Both the position numbers and the translations under genes were made by a program. The notes under the pieces were generated by a model, which saw only the letters and a list, made by a program, of their open reading frames with translations, was not told the origin of the DNA and ran no database searches. DNA of 64,000 bases from Strigamia acuminata (lineage: Eukaryota), in assembly GCA_949358305.1 (NCBI GenBank), contig OX442314.1, positions 28,830,001-28,894,000 on the forward strand, written 5' to 3'. Numbering within the stretch: the first letter of the stretch is position 1; each line of letters opens with the position of its first letter. Shown one piece after another: positions 36,521 through 50,785 of the stretch.

Positions 36521-38519
36521 ACGCATATATATCGCAGACATATCGCGCCCACGACAAAGCACAAACCCATGGCAGTCACCAAAGAATATTTACGCCGCTT
36601 CCACGCACGTTTTATTTTCTCACAGGCCTCTACACATTTAACTTGCGCGCGCACTTGCTACGTGCTCGTGTGGTCACAATAAATACCTAATTTTCATTAA
36701 AATAACGAATGAACGAAATCACTTCAACCACACTTGCTACGGTCGACGCATCGACGGCGATTCGCATGCGTTACCCCAAATACCGATCAAAAATCGCAGA
36801 AAACACTAATCCCGACCCAAAAACCGCCAAAATTACCCTCAACACACCCCAACAACCTTCCACCACTTAAATTACACCGGAAAAAAAACAATTTCAAACC
36901 GAAAAATCAACAAAAAAGGCCAAAAAAATATTGCAAACAAAGAGAAAAGATCAATTATCGAGGCAAATCCCCACCACAAAACAACGCATCGCCGGTAAAC
37001 ACTTAAGCGTACAGTGCACAACACTACTGTTTATTTTCAATGATCCAATAAATAAAATTTGAAACAAAGTTGAGTGGAATTGTACGTTTCTTGTATATTA
37101 AAGTTTTTATTTTGTTTGTTTACACTTAATTTTTTTTTTCCATCATAGAATGGCGACTCGATACTTTTGTAGCTCGAATTCACTTCGTAAACGTAATCGG
37201 TGTTCATCACGCGTCAATGCGCTCGTGCAATAGTATAGGCGCGCATACGATTTGATGCGCGCAAAACTTGCAAAACTTGCACGGAATTTGGGCAATTTTT
37301 GACAATTTTCAGCAGATTTTTGCCTGTATTTGACAAATTTCAGAAGATTTTTGCCTATATTTGACAAATTTCAGAAGATTTCCTCAATCCTCAAACATTT
37401 GCTGAAATTTCTCATAAAATTTCTAAAATTAATTGAAATTTGTCTGAAATTTGTCTGCAATTTGTCAAATATTGTCAAAAATCCGTGGAAATTTGTCAAA
37501 TACTGGCAAAAATCCATGTAAATTTGTCAAAAATTGCCATAATTCGGTGCAAATTGTGTTAGACATTGGAAAAATTTATTTTAACGCTTCCAACGCGCCA
37601 GTAAATCGCGCGTGCACACGCGTGGATTTTTCGTCATAGTTGGATGCGCGCAAACCTCACGTAACTTGCGCCAAAATTTGGCAATTTTTGACAAATTTCA
37701 GCAGATTTTTGCCAGTATTTGACAAATTTCCACTGATTTTTGACAATATTTGACCCAACAACTGCGCCACGTTCCAGGCGCCGGTTTAGGCATTTTAGAC
37801 CCGTTTTAGACCGTTTTAGATGGCGAAAACGTTCTCTCCATCATTTTCTACCCCTGGGTGAGGTTTTCAGCGTTCATGATTGATGAAAAAGCTGTTTTCT
37901 AACTAGCTGTCCCATTGCTAGTTTTGGCGTCAGGTTTTAGCAACCTTCCGATCCGACTCTGTCGTCTGCACGACCTCCAAGACCGTTTTAGGGTTAATTT
38001 GAGTCAAATAATTCATTCTGGGATTGTTTTGGGTTTTTTACAAGTGTGTTTTTGTAGTTTTTATTGGTTTCAAACATTGTCAATTCTTTATACAAGTGTA
38101 ACTTTCATTTCTCTGTATTTTGAGAACTTTGCATTGCAGCAAAGTTCATTTCTTGCCCCTTAATTATTGTGTAATTGTTGGTTTTCAAGCCCGTTTTTTA
38201 ACAATAACTTTATTTGAAGTGCCTATTGTTTCAGGCACGTGCTTCCACGTGCCTTTTATTGTTGAGCAATTTCTTGGGCAGTTGCGCTCCTGTTGCTAGC
38301 ATTACCGCGCGTTCTCCGCGCGCGTACTCGCGCGTTTCGCATCACACACATTCGGGTTCAATGGCCTATCGCGGCGGCACATTGTGTGGCATAGCGCGGC
38401 ACGTTGCAATTACGTGACGTGGCACGTTGCTGTTACGTGACGCAATAGCCAGTATTTAAGCAGGGGATTCCATCATCGTTTACACAAATGCGCATTGCAA
38501 CGTGGAGGCGCATTCGAGT

Positions 38520-41500
38520 CCTTTTCCCAAGCGTTGAAAAAGGACAAAACTCGTATTCGATTCGAAAGCGAATCGAATACGATTTTTGTCCTTTTTCAAC
38601 GCAAAATTGTATTCGATTCGCTTTCGAATCGAATACGAGTTTTGCCCTTCTTCAACGCGAAATCGTATTCGACTCGTTTTCGAGTCGAATGCGAATTTTG
38701 CCCTTCTTCAACGCGAAATCGTATTCGACTCGCTTTCGAATCGAATACGAGTTTTGCCCTTCTTCAACGCGAAATCGTATTCGACTCGTTTTCGAGTCGA
38801 GTACGAATTTTGCCCTTCTTCAACGCGAAATCGTATTCGATTCGCTTTCGAATCGTATACGAGATGGTCGATTTTTGTTTCCCGGACTTTGATTCGTATT
38901 CGAGTTGTTACGAGTTCGTATTTTGATCGTATTCGTATTCGAATCGAATTCGAATCGTATTCGAATCGAATACGAATCGAATTCGAGTCGTATTCGAGAT
39001 GGTCGATGATTTCCACTCGCTCGTATACGCGTTGTATACGAGCTCGTATTTTGATCGTAATCGTAAACGAATCGTTTACAAGTCGTATACAAGTTGTATA
39101 CGACGTGTATACACCTCGTATACGAACGAAGTTTGTGAAAACACAATTTCCAAATAAGACGTATGTGACTACTATGTGTTTTCATGTCGTAGTAAGTATC
39201 CGGTGGATTTTCCAAACTTCGTTCGTATACGAGGTGTATACACGTCGTATACAACTTGTATACGACTTGTAAACGATTCGTTTACGATTACGATCAAAAT
39301 ACGAGCTCGTATACAACGCGTATACGAGCAAGTGGAAATCATCGACCATCTCGAATGCGACTCGAATACGATTCGAATACATCTCGAATACATCTCGAAT
39401 ACGAGTCGTACGAGTCAAAGTCCGGGAACGGGTCATCGACTATCTCGTATTCGAGTTGTTACGAGTTCGTATTTTGATCGTATTCGTATTCGAATCGAAT
39501 TCGAATCGTATTCGAATCGAATACGAATCGAATTCGAGTCGTATTCGAGATGGTCGATGATTTCCACTCGCTCGTATACGCGTTGTATACGAGCTCGTAT
39601 TTTGATCGTAATCGTAAACGAATCGTTTACAAGTCGTATACAAGTCGTATACGACGTGTATACACCTCGTATACGAACGAAGTTTGGAAAATCCACCGGA
39701 CACTTACTACGACATGAAAACACATAGTAGTCACATACGTCTTATTTGGAAATTGTGTTTTCACAAACTTCGTTCGTATACGAGGTGTATACACGTCGTA
39801 TACGACTTGTATACGACTTGTAAACGATTCGTTTACGATTACGATCAAAATACGAGCTCGTATACAACGCGTATACGAGCGAGTGGAAATCATCGACCAT
39901 CTCGAATACGACTCGAATTCGATTAGTATTCGATTCGAATACGATTCGAATTCGATTCGAATACGAATACGATCAAAATACGAACTCGTAACAACTCGAA
40001 TACGAGATAGTCGATGACCCGTTCCCGGACTTTGACTCGTACGACTCGTATTCGAGATGTATTCGAGATGTATTCGAATCGTATTCGAGTCGCATTCGAG
40101 ATGGTCGATGATTTCCACTCGCTCGTATACGCGTTGTATACGAGCTCGTATTTTGATCGTAATCGTAAACGAATCGTTTACAAGTCGTATACAAGTCGTA
40201 TACGACGTGTATACACCTCGTATACGAACGAAGTTTGGAAAATCCACCGGACACTTACTACGACATGAAAACACATAGTAGTCACATACGTCTTATTTGG
40301 AAATTGTGTTTTCACAAACTTCGTTCGTATACGAGGTGTATACACGTCGTATACGACTTGTATACGACTTGTAAACGATTCGTTTACGATTACGATCAAA
40401 ATACGAGCTCGTATACAACGCGTATACGAGCGAGTGGAAATCATCGACCATCTCGAATACGACTCGAATTCGATTAGTATTCGATTCGAATACGATTCGA
40501 ATTCGATTCGAATACGAATACGATCAAAATACGAACTCGTAACAACTCGAATACGAGATAGTCGATGACCCGTTCCCGGACTTTGACTCGTACGACTCGT
40601 ATTCGAGATGTATTCGAGATGTATTCGAATCGTATTCGAGTCGCATTCGAGATGGTCGATGATTTCCACTCGCTCGTATACGCGTTGTATACGAGCTCGT
40701 ATTTTGATCGTAATCGTAAACGAATCGTTTACAAGTCGTATACAAGTCGTATACGACGTGTATACACCTCGTATACGAACGAAGTTTGGAAAATCCACCG
40801 GACACTTACTACGACATGAAAACACATAGTAGTCACATACGTCTTATTTGGAAATTGTGTTTTCACAAACTTCGTTCGTATACGAGGTGTATACACGTCG
40901 TATACGACTTGTATACGACTTGTAAACGATTCGTTTACGATTACGATCAAAATACGAGCTCGTATACAACGCGTATACGAGCGAGTGGAAATCATCGACC
41001 ATCTCGAATACGACTCGAATTCGATTAGTATTCGATTCGAATACGATTCGAATTCGATTCGAATACGAATACGATCAAAATACGAACTCGTAACAACTCG
41101 AATACGAGATAGTCGATGACCCGTTCCCGGACTTTGACTCGTACGACTCGTATTCGAGATGTATTCGAGATGTATTCGAATCGTATTCGAGTCGCATTCG
41201 AGATGGTCGATGATTTCCACTCGCTCGTATACGCGTTGTATACGAGCTCGTATTTTGATCGTAATCGTAAACGAATCGTTTACAAGTCGTATACAAGTCG
41301 TATACGACGTGTATACACCTCGTATACGAACGAAGTTTGGAAAATCCACCGGACACTTACTACGACATGAAAACACATAGTAGTCACATACGTCTTATTT
41401 GGAAATTGTGTTTTCACAAACTTCGTTCGTATACGAGGTGTATACACGTCGTATACGACTTGTATACGACTTGTAAACGATTCGTTTACGATTACGATCA

Positions 41501-43484
41501 AAATACGAGCTCGTATACAACGCGTATACGAGCGAGTGGAAATCATCGACCATCTCGAATACGACTCGAATTCGATTAGTATTCGATTCGAATACGATTC
41601 GAATTCGATTCGAATACGAATACGATCAAAATACGAACTCGTAACAACTCGAATACGAGATAGTCGATGACCCGTTCCCGGACTTTGACTCGTACGACTC
41701 GTATTCGAGATGTATTCGAGATGTATTCGAATCGTATTCGAGTCGCATTCGAGATGGTCGATGATTTCCACTCGCTCGTATACGCGTTGTATACGAGCTC
41801 GTATTTTGATCGTAATCGTAAACGAATCGTTTACAAGTCGTATACAAGTCGTATACGACGTGTATACACCTCGTATACGAACGAAGTTTGGAAAATCCAC
41901 CGGACACTTACTACGACATGAAAACACATAGTAGTCACATACGTCTTATTTGGAAATTGTGTTTTCACAAACTTCGTTCGTATACGAGGTGTATACACGT
42001 CGTATACGACTTGTATACGACTTGTAAACGATTCGTTTACGATTACGATCAAAATACGAGCTCGTATACAACGCGTATACGAGCGAGTGGAAATCATCGA
42101 CCATCTCGAATACGACTCGAATTCGATTCGTATTCGATTCGAATACGATTCGAATTCGATTCGAATACGAATACGATCAAAATACGAACTCGTAACAACT
42201 CGAATACGAGATAGTCGATGACCCGTTCCCGGACTTTGACTCGTACGACTCGTATTCGAGATGTATTCGAGATGTATTCGAATCGTATTCGAGTCGCATT
42301 CGAGATGGTCGATGATTTCCACTCGCTCGTATACGCGTTGTATACGAGCTCGTATTTTGATCGTAATCGTAAACGAATCGTTTACAAGTCGTATACAAGT
42401 CGTATACGACGTGTATACACCTCGTATACGAACGAAGTTTGGAAAATCCACCGGACACTTACTACGACATGAAAACACATAGTAGTCACATACGTCTTAT
42501 TTGGAAATTGTGTTTTCACAAACTTCGTTCGTATACGAGGTGTATACACGTCGTATACGACTTGTATACGACTTGTAAACGATTCGTTTACGATTACGAT
42601 CAAAATACGAGCTCGTATACAACGCGTATACGAGCGAGTGGAAATCATCGACCATCTCGAATACGACTCGAATTCGATTCGTATTCGATTCGAATACGAT
42701 TCGAATTCGATTCGAATACGAATACGATCAAAATACGAACTCGTAACAACTCGAATACAAATCAAAGTCCGGGAAACAAAAATCGACCATCTCGTATACG
42801 ATTCGAAAGCGAATCGAATACGATTTCGCGTTGAAGAAGGGCAAAATTCGCATTCGACTCGAAAACGAGTCGAATACGAATTCGCATTCGACTCGAAAAC
42901 GAGTCGAATACGATTTCGCGTTGAAGAAGGGCAAAATTCGCATTCGACTCGAAAACGAGTCGAATACGATTTCGCGTTGAAGAAGGGCAAAACTCGCATT
43001 CGACTCGAAAACGAGTCGAATACGATTTCGCGTTGAGAAAGGGCAAAATTCGCATTCGACTCGAAAACGAGTCGAATACGATTTCGCGTTGAAGAAGGGC
43101 AAAACTCGCATTCGACTCGAAAACGAGTCGAATACGATTTCGCATTCGACTCGAAAACGAGTCGAATACGATTTCGCGTCGAAGAAGGGCAAAATTCGCA
43201 TTCGACTCGAAAACGAGTCGAATACGATTTCGCGTTGAAGAAGGGCAAAACTCGCATTCGACTCGAAAACGAGTCGAATACGATTTCGCGTTGAGAAAGG
43301 GCAAAATTCGCATTCGACTCGAAAACGAGTCGAATACGATTTCGCGTTGAAGAAGGGCAAAACTCGCATTCGACTCGAAAACGAGTCGAATACGATTTCG
43401 CATTCGACTCGAAAACGAGTCGAATACGATTTCGCGTCAAAGAAGGGCAAAATTTGCATTCGACTCGAAAACGAGTCGAATACG
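38520..43484. repeat. CpG/TCGA-rich foldback; outer arms are inverted arrays of a 56-bp repeat
   Basis: 56-bp unit TCGAATACGATTTCGCGTTGAAGAAGGGCAAAATTCGCATTCGACTCGAAAACGAG (plus 34-bp variants) at ~42814-43484, with the reverse-complement array at ~38590-38860. Confidence 0.92.
39543..42758. repeat. 551-bp internally palindromic tandem repeat, ~5.8 copies
   Basis: Exact 551-bp period in the sequence and ORF track (e.g. 39627, 40178, 40729, 41280, 41831, 42382). Confidence 0.95.
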
Positions 43485-46400
43485 AGATCATTTTTTGATC
43501 TGGGTCGTGAATGCGTCCGTATGTCACGCGAACGCGTGTTGGAGTCGATTCCGAGTTCGTATTCCATCTTGAACGCGCATTGGAGACGTAAACCAGTTTA
43601 TTTTACCCACTCTCGCTCGATCCCGCTTCATCGCTCCTTGTCGCTCCTGTGAAAAAAAATACATGAGAATGTGCAGAAATGAACCTTCCAATACTCACAT
43701 GAAAATTGACAACCTTGACACAAAACAGTCTATTGACACTCCCAACACCACCCCGGACGTTTTCCGGAAGAGTTTGGTCCACCCGGAATCCCCAGAATAG
43801 TCGCCCCCGAAATGCGGATTTCACGGAAGCCAATCCGCGAAAAGGATATGTTTTTAGCGGCGCGCCGACGCGTGCGACACACGCTTCTGGAGTGCTTAAC
43901 CTTATGGCGCGCATGCGGATTTCTCGGAGTGCGAAAGGGACCCTATTTTTAACATTACGGCGGCCTATACCTTGACCCCCTGTTCGCAGTCTCATGGCTG
44001 ATTTTGCGGATTTCACTTATTTGTATATTCCGCACGATCGCGCGCGTTTTATCAACCTTGGGAAAGCCGCTTTCTCAAATTTGCAAATTCCACATTGTGT
44101 GAACATGCTACAACGCTTCTGTGCGCGTCAATAAAAAAAAAAACCGATTAGAAATGAAATTCAGGGTTTTGTTAAAATAAAAATTATACAATATAATCAG
44201 TCTATAATGCTTCTATAATGCTGTTGGTTTAATCAGCACATTGTAATCGTGTGAAAACACGCGCGCTCGCAATAATACATTACCCAATGTACTTGCACTG
44301 GCATGGACCCATCAGTGCGCACTTTCCCGTGCGTGCTGCTTGCACTATTTACATCAATTGTTGCTCCACAGGTTGCGCGACCTGCCGGGCAGTTAAGACG
44401 TACTAGAATAACCTCAGGATTTGATAAAACCTGATTTTTGGATGACACTAAGTAAATGGCAGTGAATGTGAGATGTGAGATACACGATGAATTTAATAAA
44501 ATTTATATTTCCTAATCATGGGATTGGTTTCACGTTTCATAATCCAACAATTAAGTAGAATATCATTATTGCAATTGATTAAAACAAATTTTTTTTACAA
44601 ATTCTTTGGTTTTACATTTTAAATTTATTTTCCAATAGTTGGCACCATCGCAATTGCTGCGAGTTTAAAACACTGCATTCAGCAGAATTTACTGCACTTT
44701 CAAATCAAGGCCAGGCATACCTACTGCAAAGTAATGTATAAACCATAAAGAAGCCTTTGATTCGGAATTGCCTGTAGGTAATTCTGCGCTGGTCTCCAAT
44801 GGAAATGTCCGCGCCGGTCTTCCGTGCACGGAAAGTCCACAGAAAGTCCGTGCATTCCGTGCGCTGGGAGTCCGTGCGTCGTACCGCGTGATCTTGCATT
44901 GTTTTTTGTGGGCTTTTCCTGATTAGGATTACTTCCTTTTTAACTCTTGAAGAATTAAGTTTGTTTTTTTTGCTCCAAAACGTCCCAAAACGCCTGAAAA
45001 TCGCGCAACTCGAGGCAAAACATTACAGTGTGTATTCAAATCAAAACTAGCTACAAATACATGCTGAAATTAGCTAAATTTTCAAATTTTTTGGCTTTCA
45101 AGAAGTAATGGAAACATTTGACATAACGTGGATCAGTTGCATTCAAAAACTAAAATATTTTGTGTTTTACTTCAATTTTAAACTAAAAATGATGTCATTT
45201 CCTGTTTAAACCCCTGTTAAAGCTTGAAATACATTTTAACTAAAAGAAATAAGTTTGTTTTTTTCTTCGGCAGTGACGTGTACACACGAGCACGCCTGAG
45301 AACGCCAAAAAATGCTAAAAAACGCTCAAAAACGCCTGAAAATCGCGCAACTCGAGGCAAAACATTAATTTTTCATCTTTATTTCAACTTTTGTGACGTT
45401 TAAAATTGTGTTCTCATGTTTTTTGCCTCAAGTTGCATTGTCATCTGGCGTTTTGGAGTGTTTTTATGTGTTCGCAGGCGTTCGCAGGCGTTTTTTGGCG
45501 TTGTCACTCACTCAAGTGGCCATTTTTAGCATTTTCCGTAGTAAAAATGGCCGTTTTTCGTCAAAATGGCCATTTTTAGCCATTTTTCAGAGTAAAAATG
45601 TTTTTTTTTCACCGTTTTTATAGTAAAATGGCCATTTTTAGTCGTTTTTTTAATCAAAAATGGCCGTTTTTATCGTTGAAACGTTATTAAAATGTAACGT
45701 TTCAATGGCGTTTTGATCTCGCCTCATTTCCGGTTTTGAAAATTAATAAACGCCCCGGCGTTTATTCGAGGCAATACCCAACTTGGGCTTTTATTCGCGT
45801 CGCACCGCATCATCATCTCACCTTGCCTCCCGTCTTGAAAATTTATAAACGCCCCGGCGTTTATTCAAGGCAAACCATTGTTTATGTAAGTTTTTCCTGA
45901 TTAGGGTTACTTCCTTTAGAAGAAACACGTTTATTTCTTCTCGTTTAATCTTGAGTCGTGATCTCGCCTCGTTTCTGGTCTTAAAAATTAATAAACACCC
46001 CGGCTTTTATTCAAGGCAATACGGTACGTTTATGAAACCCAACTTGGGCTTTCATTTTAAAAAAAGCGCGTGTTCTTACGTCGAACTAAGAGATACAGGT
46101 GAATTAGCAACGCCTAATTTGATTTAATAAATAAAGCAAACAACATCTCGCCTCACTTCTGGCGTTTGTTCGAGGCAAGCCATTGTTTTTGCATTTTTTT
46201 TCCTGATTAGGGTTACTTCCTTTTTAACTCTTGAAGAAATAAGTATGTTTTTTTTACTCGGCAGTGACGTGTACGCGCGAGTACGCCTGAGAACGCCAAA
46301 AAATACTCCAAAACGCCTGAAAATCGTGCAACTCGAGGCAAAACATTAATTGTTTATTTTTGTTTCAACTTTTGTAACGTTTACAATTGTGTTCTCATGT

Positions 46401-49400
46401 TTTTTGCCTCAAGTTGCATTGTCATTTTGCGTTTTGGGGCGTTTTTAGGCATTTTTAGGCATTTGCGGGCGTTCTTGGGCGTTTTTTGGCGTTGTCATTC
46501 AATCAAATGGCCATTTTTAGCCATTTTTAGCCATTTTTCATAGAAAAATGGTCATTTTTAGCCGTTTTTCATCCAAAATGGCCGTTTTTCATCCAAAAGG
46601 GCCGTTTTTCATCCAAAATGGAATAATTGTTGTGTCCGGATTTTATGTCATTTATTGTCTTAATTAAAGTTAACAAAGTGTCTTTAATTTTTGCTTTTCT
46701 TGAATTTCAGCTTTTTAGATATTTTTACATATTAAACTTTCATTTTTTGTGATTTATTAAAAGTTACAGTGTTTTCATGAATTTTAGTGTCTATGATATT
46801 GATATTATCTTTATTCATTGCTATTTAAAGTTTTATTACTTCTCTGTGTCTTATTTCTTTAATTCTTGCTCATTTTGTGTGATTTTGGATGATTTTTAGT
46901 GCATTCGTCGATTTACAGATCACTTGCGTAAGACGCGTGACGTCATATTTCTTAATCTAGTTCGGTTGTGTTCAAACTTCTAACCTTTTGTTTGGACCTT
47001 ATTCTTGTGTTATGGATAGGTTTTAGAATTGATTTAGACTAATTTGGGGGTGATCTGTCGATTGGTTTGCTTTATTTTTGTCCCGGAACGGTCGTTTTGT
47101 CGTTTCGAGCGTTCGTTGTCGGTACGCACTTGTGCGCTGCTGACCGAGTTCATTCCGTTCGGCAAACGATTATTTTCAAGTGTTCTTTTAATAAATAGTG
47201 CTTTTGTTGTAGGAAATTACATTTCCTAATGTTATTTTATTCAATACAGTGTGTATTCTTGATTTTATTCTTGTGTTGAAATTCAAATGTCGTGTTTTGC
47301 CGCTCTAGCGGATTTGAAGTGGGCGCCATGCTGGATTTCCCCGCTAATTTCTTTATTTATCCATTTCATTTGTCTTTTTGAAAATGAATAAACGCCCCGG
47401 CGTTTATGCGAGGCAAGCCATAGTTTTTGTAGGTTCTTTCCTGATTAGGGTTACTTGTGACGTGCACGCGCGAGCTCGCCCGAGGACGCCAAAAAAAGCT
47501 CAAAAACGCCCCAAAACGCCTGAAAATCGCGCAACTCGAAGCAAAAAATTACAGTTTGAATTCAAATCAAAACTAACCACAAATACATGCTACAATTAGG
47601 TAAATTTTCAAATTTTTTATCAATAAATGATGACTTTCAAGAAGTATGACAACATTTGACAAAATTTAGACCAGTTGCATTTAAAAACTAAAATATTTTG
47701 TGTTTTACTTCAATTTTAAACCAAAAATGACGTCATTTTTTGTTTAAACCGGCGTTTATTTGAGGCAAACACGCCGCTGAGAACGCCAAAAAATGCTCAA
47801 AAACACTCCAAAAGGCCTGAAAATCGCGCAACTTGAGGCAAAAAATTAATTTTTCATCTTTGTTTCAACTTTTGTGACGTTTAAAATTGTGTTTTCAAGT
47901 TTTATGCCTCAAGTTGCATTGTCATCTGGCGTTTTGGGGCGTTTTGGGGCGTTCGCAGGCGTTTGCACGCGTTTTTTGGCATTGTCACTCACTCAAGTGG
48001 CCATTTTTAGCCAATTTTCGAAGTAAAAATGGCCTTTTTTTATTAAAATGGCCATTTTCAGCCATTTGTCATAGTAAAAATGGCCATTTTCAGCCATTTT
48101 TTATAGTAAAAGTGGCCATTTTTCATCCAAAATGGCCGTTTTTCATCCAAAATGACCATTTTTATCATTGACACGCTATAAAAATGTAACGTTTCAATGG
48201 CGTTTTGACGAAACCGGTAAGTTTTGAAATTTCCCGTGTCCCGTTATTGTGACTCCTCGTCCGGTTTCTCAGAACCGAAACCCTAATACAGGTGAATTAG
48301 TGACGCCTAATTTGTTTCAACAAATAAAGCAAACAACATCTCGCCTCACTTCCAGTCTTGAAAATTAGTAAACGCCCCGGCGTTTATTCGAGGCAAGCCG
48401 TTGTTTTTACAGTAATTTCCTGGTTAGGGTTATTTTTTTTTTAACTCTTGAAGAAATAAGTTTGTTTTTTTCTCGCCTGCACGCGCGAGCTCGCATGAGA
48501 ATGCTAAAAAATAAGCAAAAACGTTCTAAAACGCCCCAAAACGCTTCAAAATGCTCCAAAAAGCCTGAAAATCGTGCCACTCAAAGCAAAAAATTATGTT
48601 TGCATGTTTTTTGCCTCAAGTTGCACGGTTATCTGGCGTTTTGGTGCGTTCTTGGGGCGTTTTGGTGCGTTCTTGGGGCGTTTTCGGGCGTTTTTTTGGC
48701 GTTGTCACTCACTCCCGCACTTTGCTGTCTTGTTTATTACAATTTGGTTTAGCTGTTGTATTTATTTTTATTTGTTTTATGGTTATTTAATGTGTTTTTG
48801 TAGCATTCAAAATGTTTTGTTGCCTAATTTCTCGTTTTGGCGCCAACTGTTTGTTTGACAACGCCGTGTCAGAATTTAGGGATGATTCTGCTTTGGTTTC
48901 TAATTAAAAAAAAAATGTTGTTTTAATTTCAATTGTAACTGCTTATTATAACGTTATTATTAGTATTTTGTAAAGGTTCATTTTTTTTCCATGTTAATAA
49001 AAAATGAAGTAACTTTCGGTGAAAAAAAAAACAGTTAAATGCGGATCAAAATTAAACACACACGAGAAGTTTAATAAACGTCCCGGCGTTTATTCGAGGC
49101 AATACGGTACATTTGTGAAACCCAACTTGGAACCCGAAAATAACGTGGGGCCGTCTGAACACCTGGATTTGAATTTTCGTCTACGCGCGCGCCGACGCAT
49201 GGGGAATGCGGGGTGGGGTTCCTTCCCAGTGTTCCGAACGAGTCAATTTCACCCCGAAAATATCCCGAAATTGCTGATACATGCATTTCGAGCCAGAAAT
49301 ATTGATCTTCATGTAAATTTTGATTGTTTAGCTTTTTTTTGAAATTTTACAAATTTTTCTCATCTCCTGCCTTCCTCGCTCATTTAACACCAAAATGGCC

Positions 49401-50393
49401 TGCATTGAGGATTTTTCCCATAATCCTTTTCACACGTATGGAGCGCAAACAGTCGCAATAAATGAAATCAGCGGAATTCGGCCTTGAGTTTGCGACGCCA
49501 TCTTGAATACGAGTAACAGCACAGTATGGTGTCAATTATTCGAACTGATCGTAAGGCATGGGACAAAAATTGATTAAAAACGAACAAACATGATTAAAAA
49601 TCAACAAAAATCGACTGAAATCGGACAATAATCAATTCAGAATGACAAATAACGATTAAAATTGGCAAAAATTGTCACAAATAGAGAAAAACCGATTAAA
49701 AATCAGCAAGAAACCAATAGAAATTGATAAAATCAAATAAAAATTAACAAATATCCATTTTGTTTGCTTTTAAACAAATTAAGAACTTTGAAAACACACG
49801 ACAATTTTAAACAGTAAACACCGGGGTCAAATAAGCGCCGCTACTCGTTTAAACACCGGGGAGGTGTTAGTGAAGTGCCTCGAGTGGAGAAATTAATAAA
49901 CGCTCGAGGCACCACGGTAGGCTTATTAAACACAAAATATGAAACGCTCGATCTTCAACAGGCGCACACGCCCGAGAACACCTCGGCATGCCTCAGCACT
50001 CTCCAAGAAACGAGAAAAACCAAGGCAAAAAAAAAAAAATACACCAAAATTAGGACTAAAATCAAACACACATGGGGCCCGGAAGATTGATAACATCCCG
50101 GCATATATTCAAGGCAGTACGCCATGTTTTTTCCACCATTTTGTAAGTTTATTTCAATATTCATAAAGTTTATTGCTTTTTGTATCATTAGTAGTATTCC
50201 CTTGTGTGATGTGGTTTTATAAATATCACACACAACTGCTTCTGCTGTTTTCTTCACGTTTATGCTTCGTGTATGCACGTGAAGCCCTCGCACATCTTTT
50301 GAGCACCTGTACACATTTGGACACGCTCAAGGTGCTACATCGCGCGCTCAAACGCACTAGATCGCGCGCGCAAACGCGCTACATCACGCATAT

Positions 50394-50785
50394 TAGGGAT
50401 AAGAACGGACCGGGATAGGGACTGGACTGGTAATGTTTGCCCTATGCGGATACGGGACGGGACGGGATTACAGTTGCTAAATTCGTACTGCGAGGCGGAG
50501 ACAATTTTCTAATTCCAGTTGTTATTTATCACTATTAAGCCTAATATTGAGCCTGATAATGCTAAAATAAAGTAAATAAACAACAACAACAAACTCATTA
50601 TTAAAAGTAAATTACACTGTATGACCAAAATATTGTTGTTTCTTTACTTTATTTTAGCATTATTAGGCCTAATATTAGGCTTAATACTGATTTATTTCAA
50701 TTATGCAATCATACGCGCGTATTACGCTAACGTAATGGACCCGGGACGGGTCGGGACCCGAAAATTGGTCCCGTTCTCATCCCTA
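50394..50785. mobile_element. hAT-type MITE inside unit 2
   Basis: Same sequence and TSD as 36129-36520. Confidence 0.9.

Larger units (their letters stand above)
29635..43899. mobile_element. Large non-coding element, tandem unit 1 (14,265 bp)
   Basis: Begins CCTTATGGCGCGCATGCGG and ends GCTTCTGGAGTGC-TTAA. The ORF track repeats at a +14265 offset. Confidence 0.85.

Noticed and set aside
38488..43567. Many 60-380 aa ORFs, and a CRISPR-like look in the 56-bp arrays
   Set aside because: These are translations of stop-poor palindromic repeats in several frames on both strands, with no unique spacers.
29635..43899. Canonical Helitron, Polinton or rDNA/histone repeat unit
   Set aside because: No TC...CTRR ends, no TIRs, and no recognisable Rep/helicase, polB, rRNA or histone sequence.
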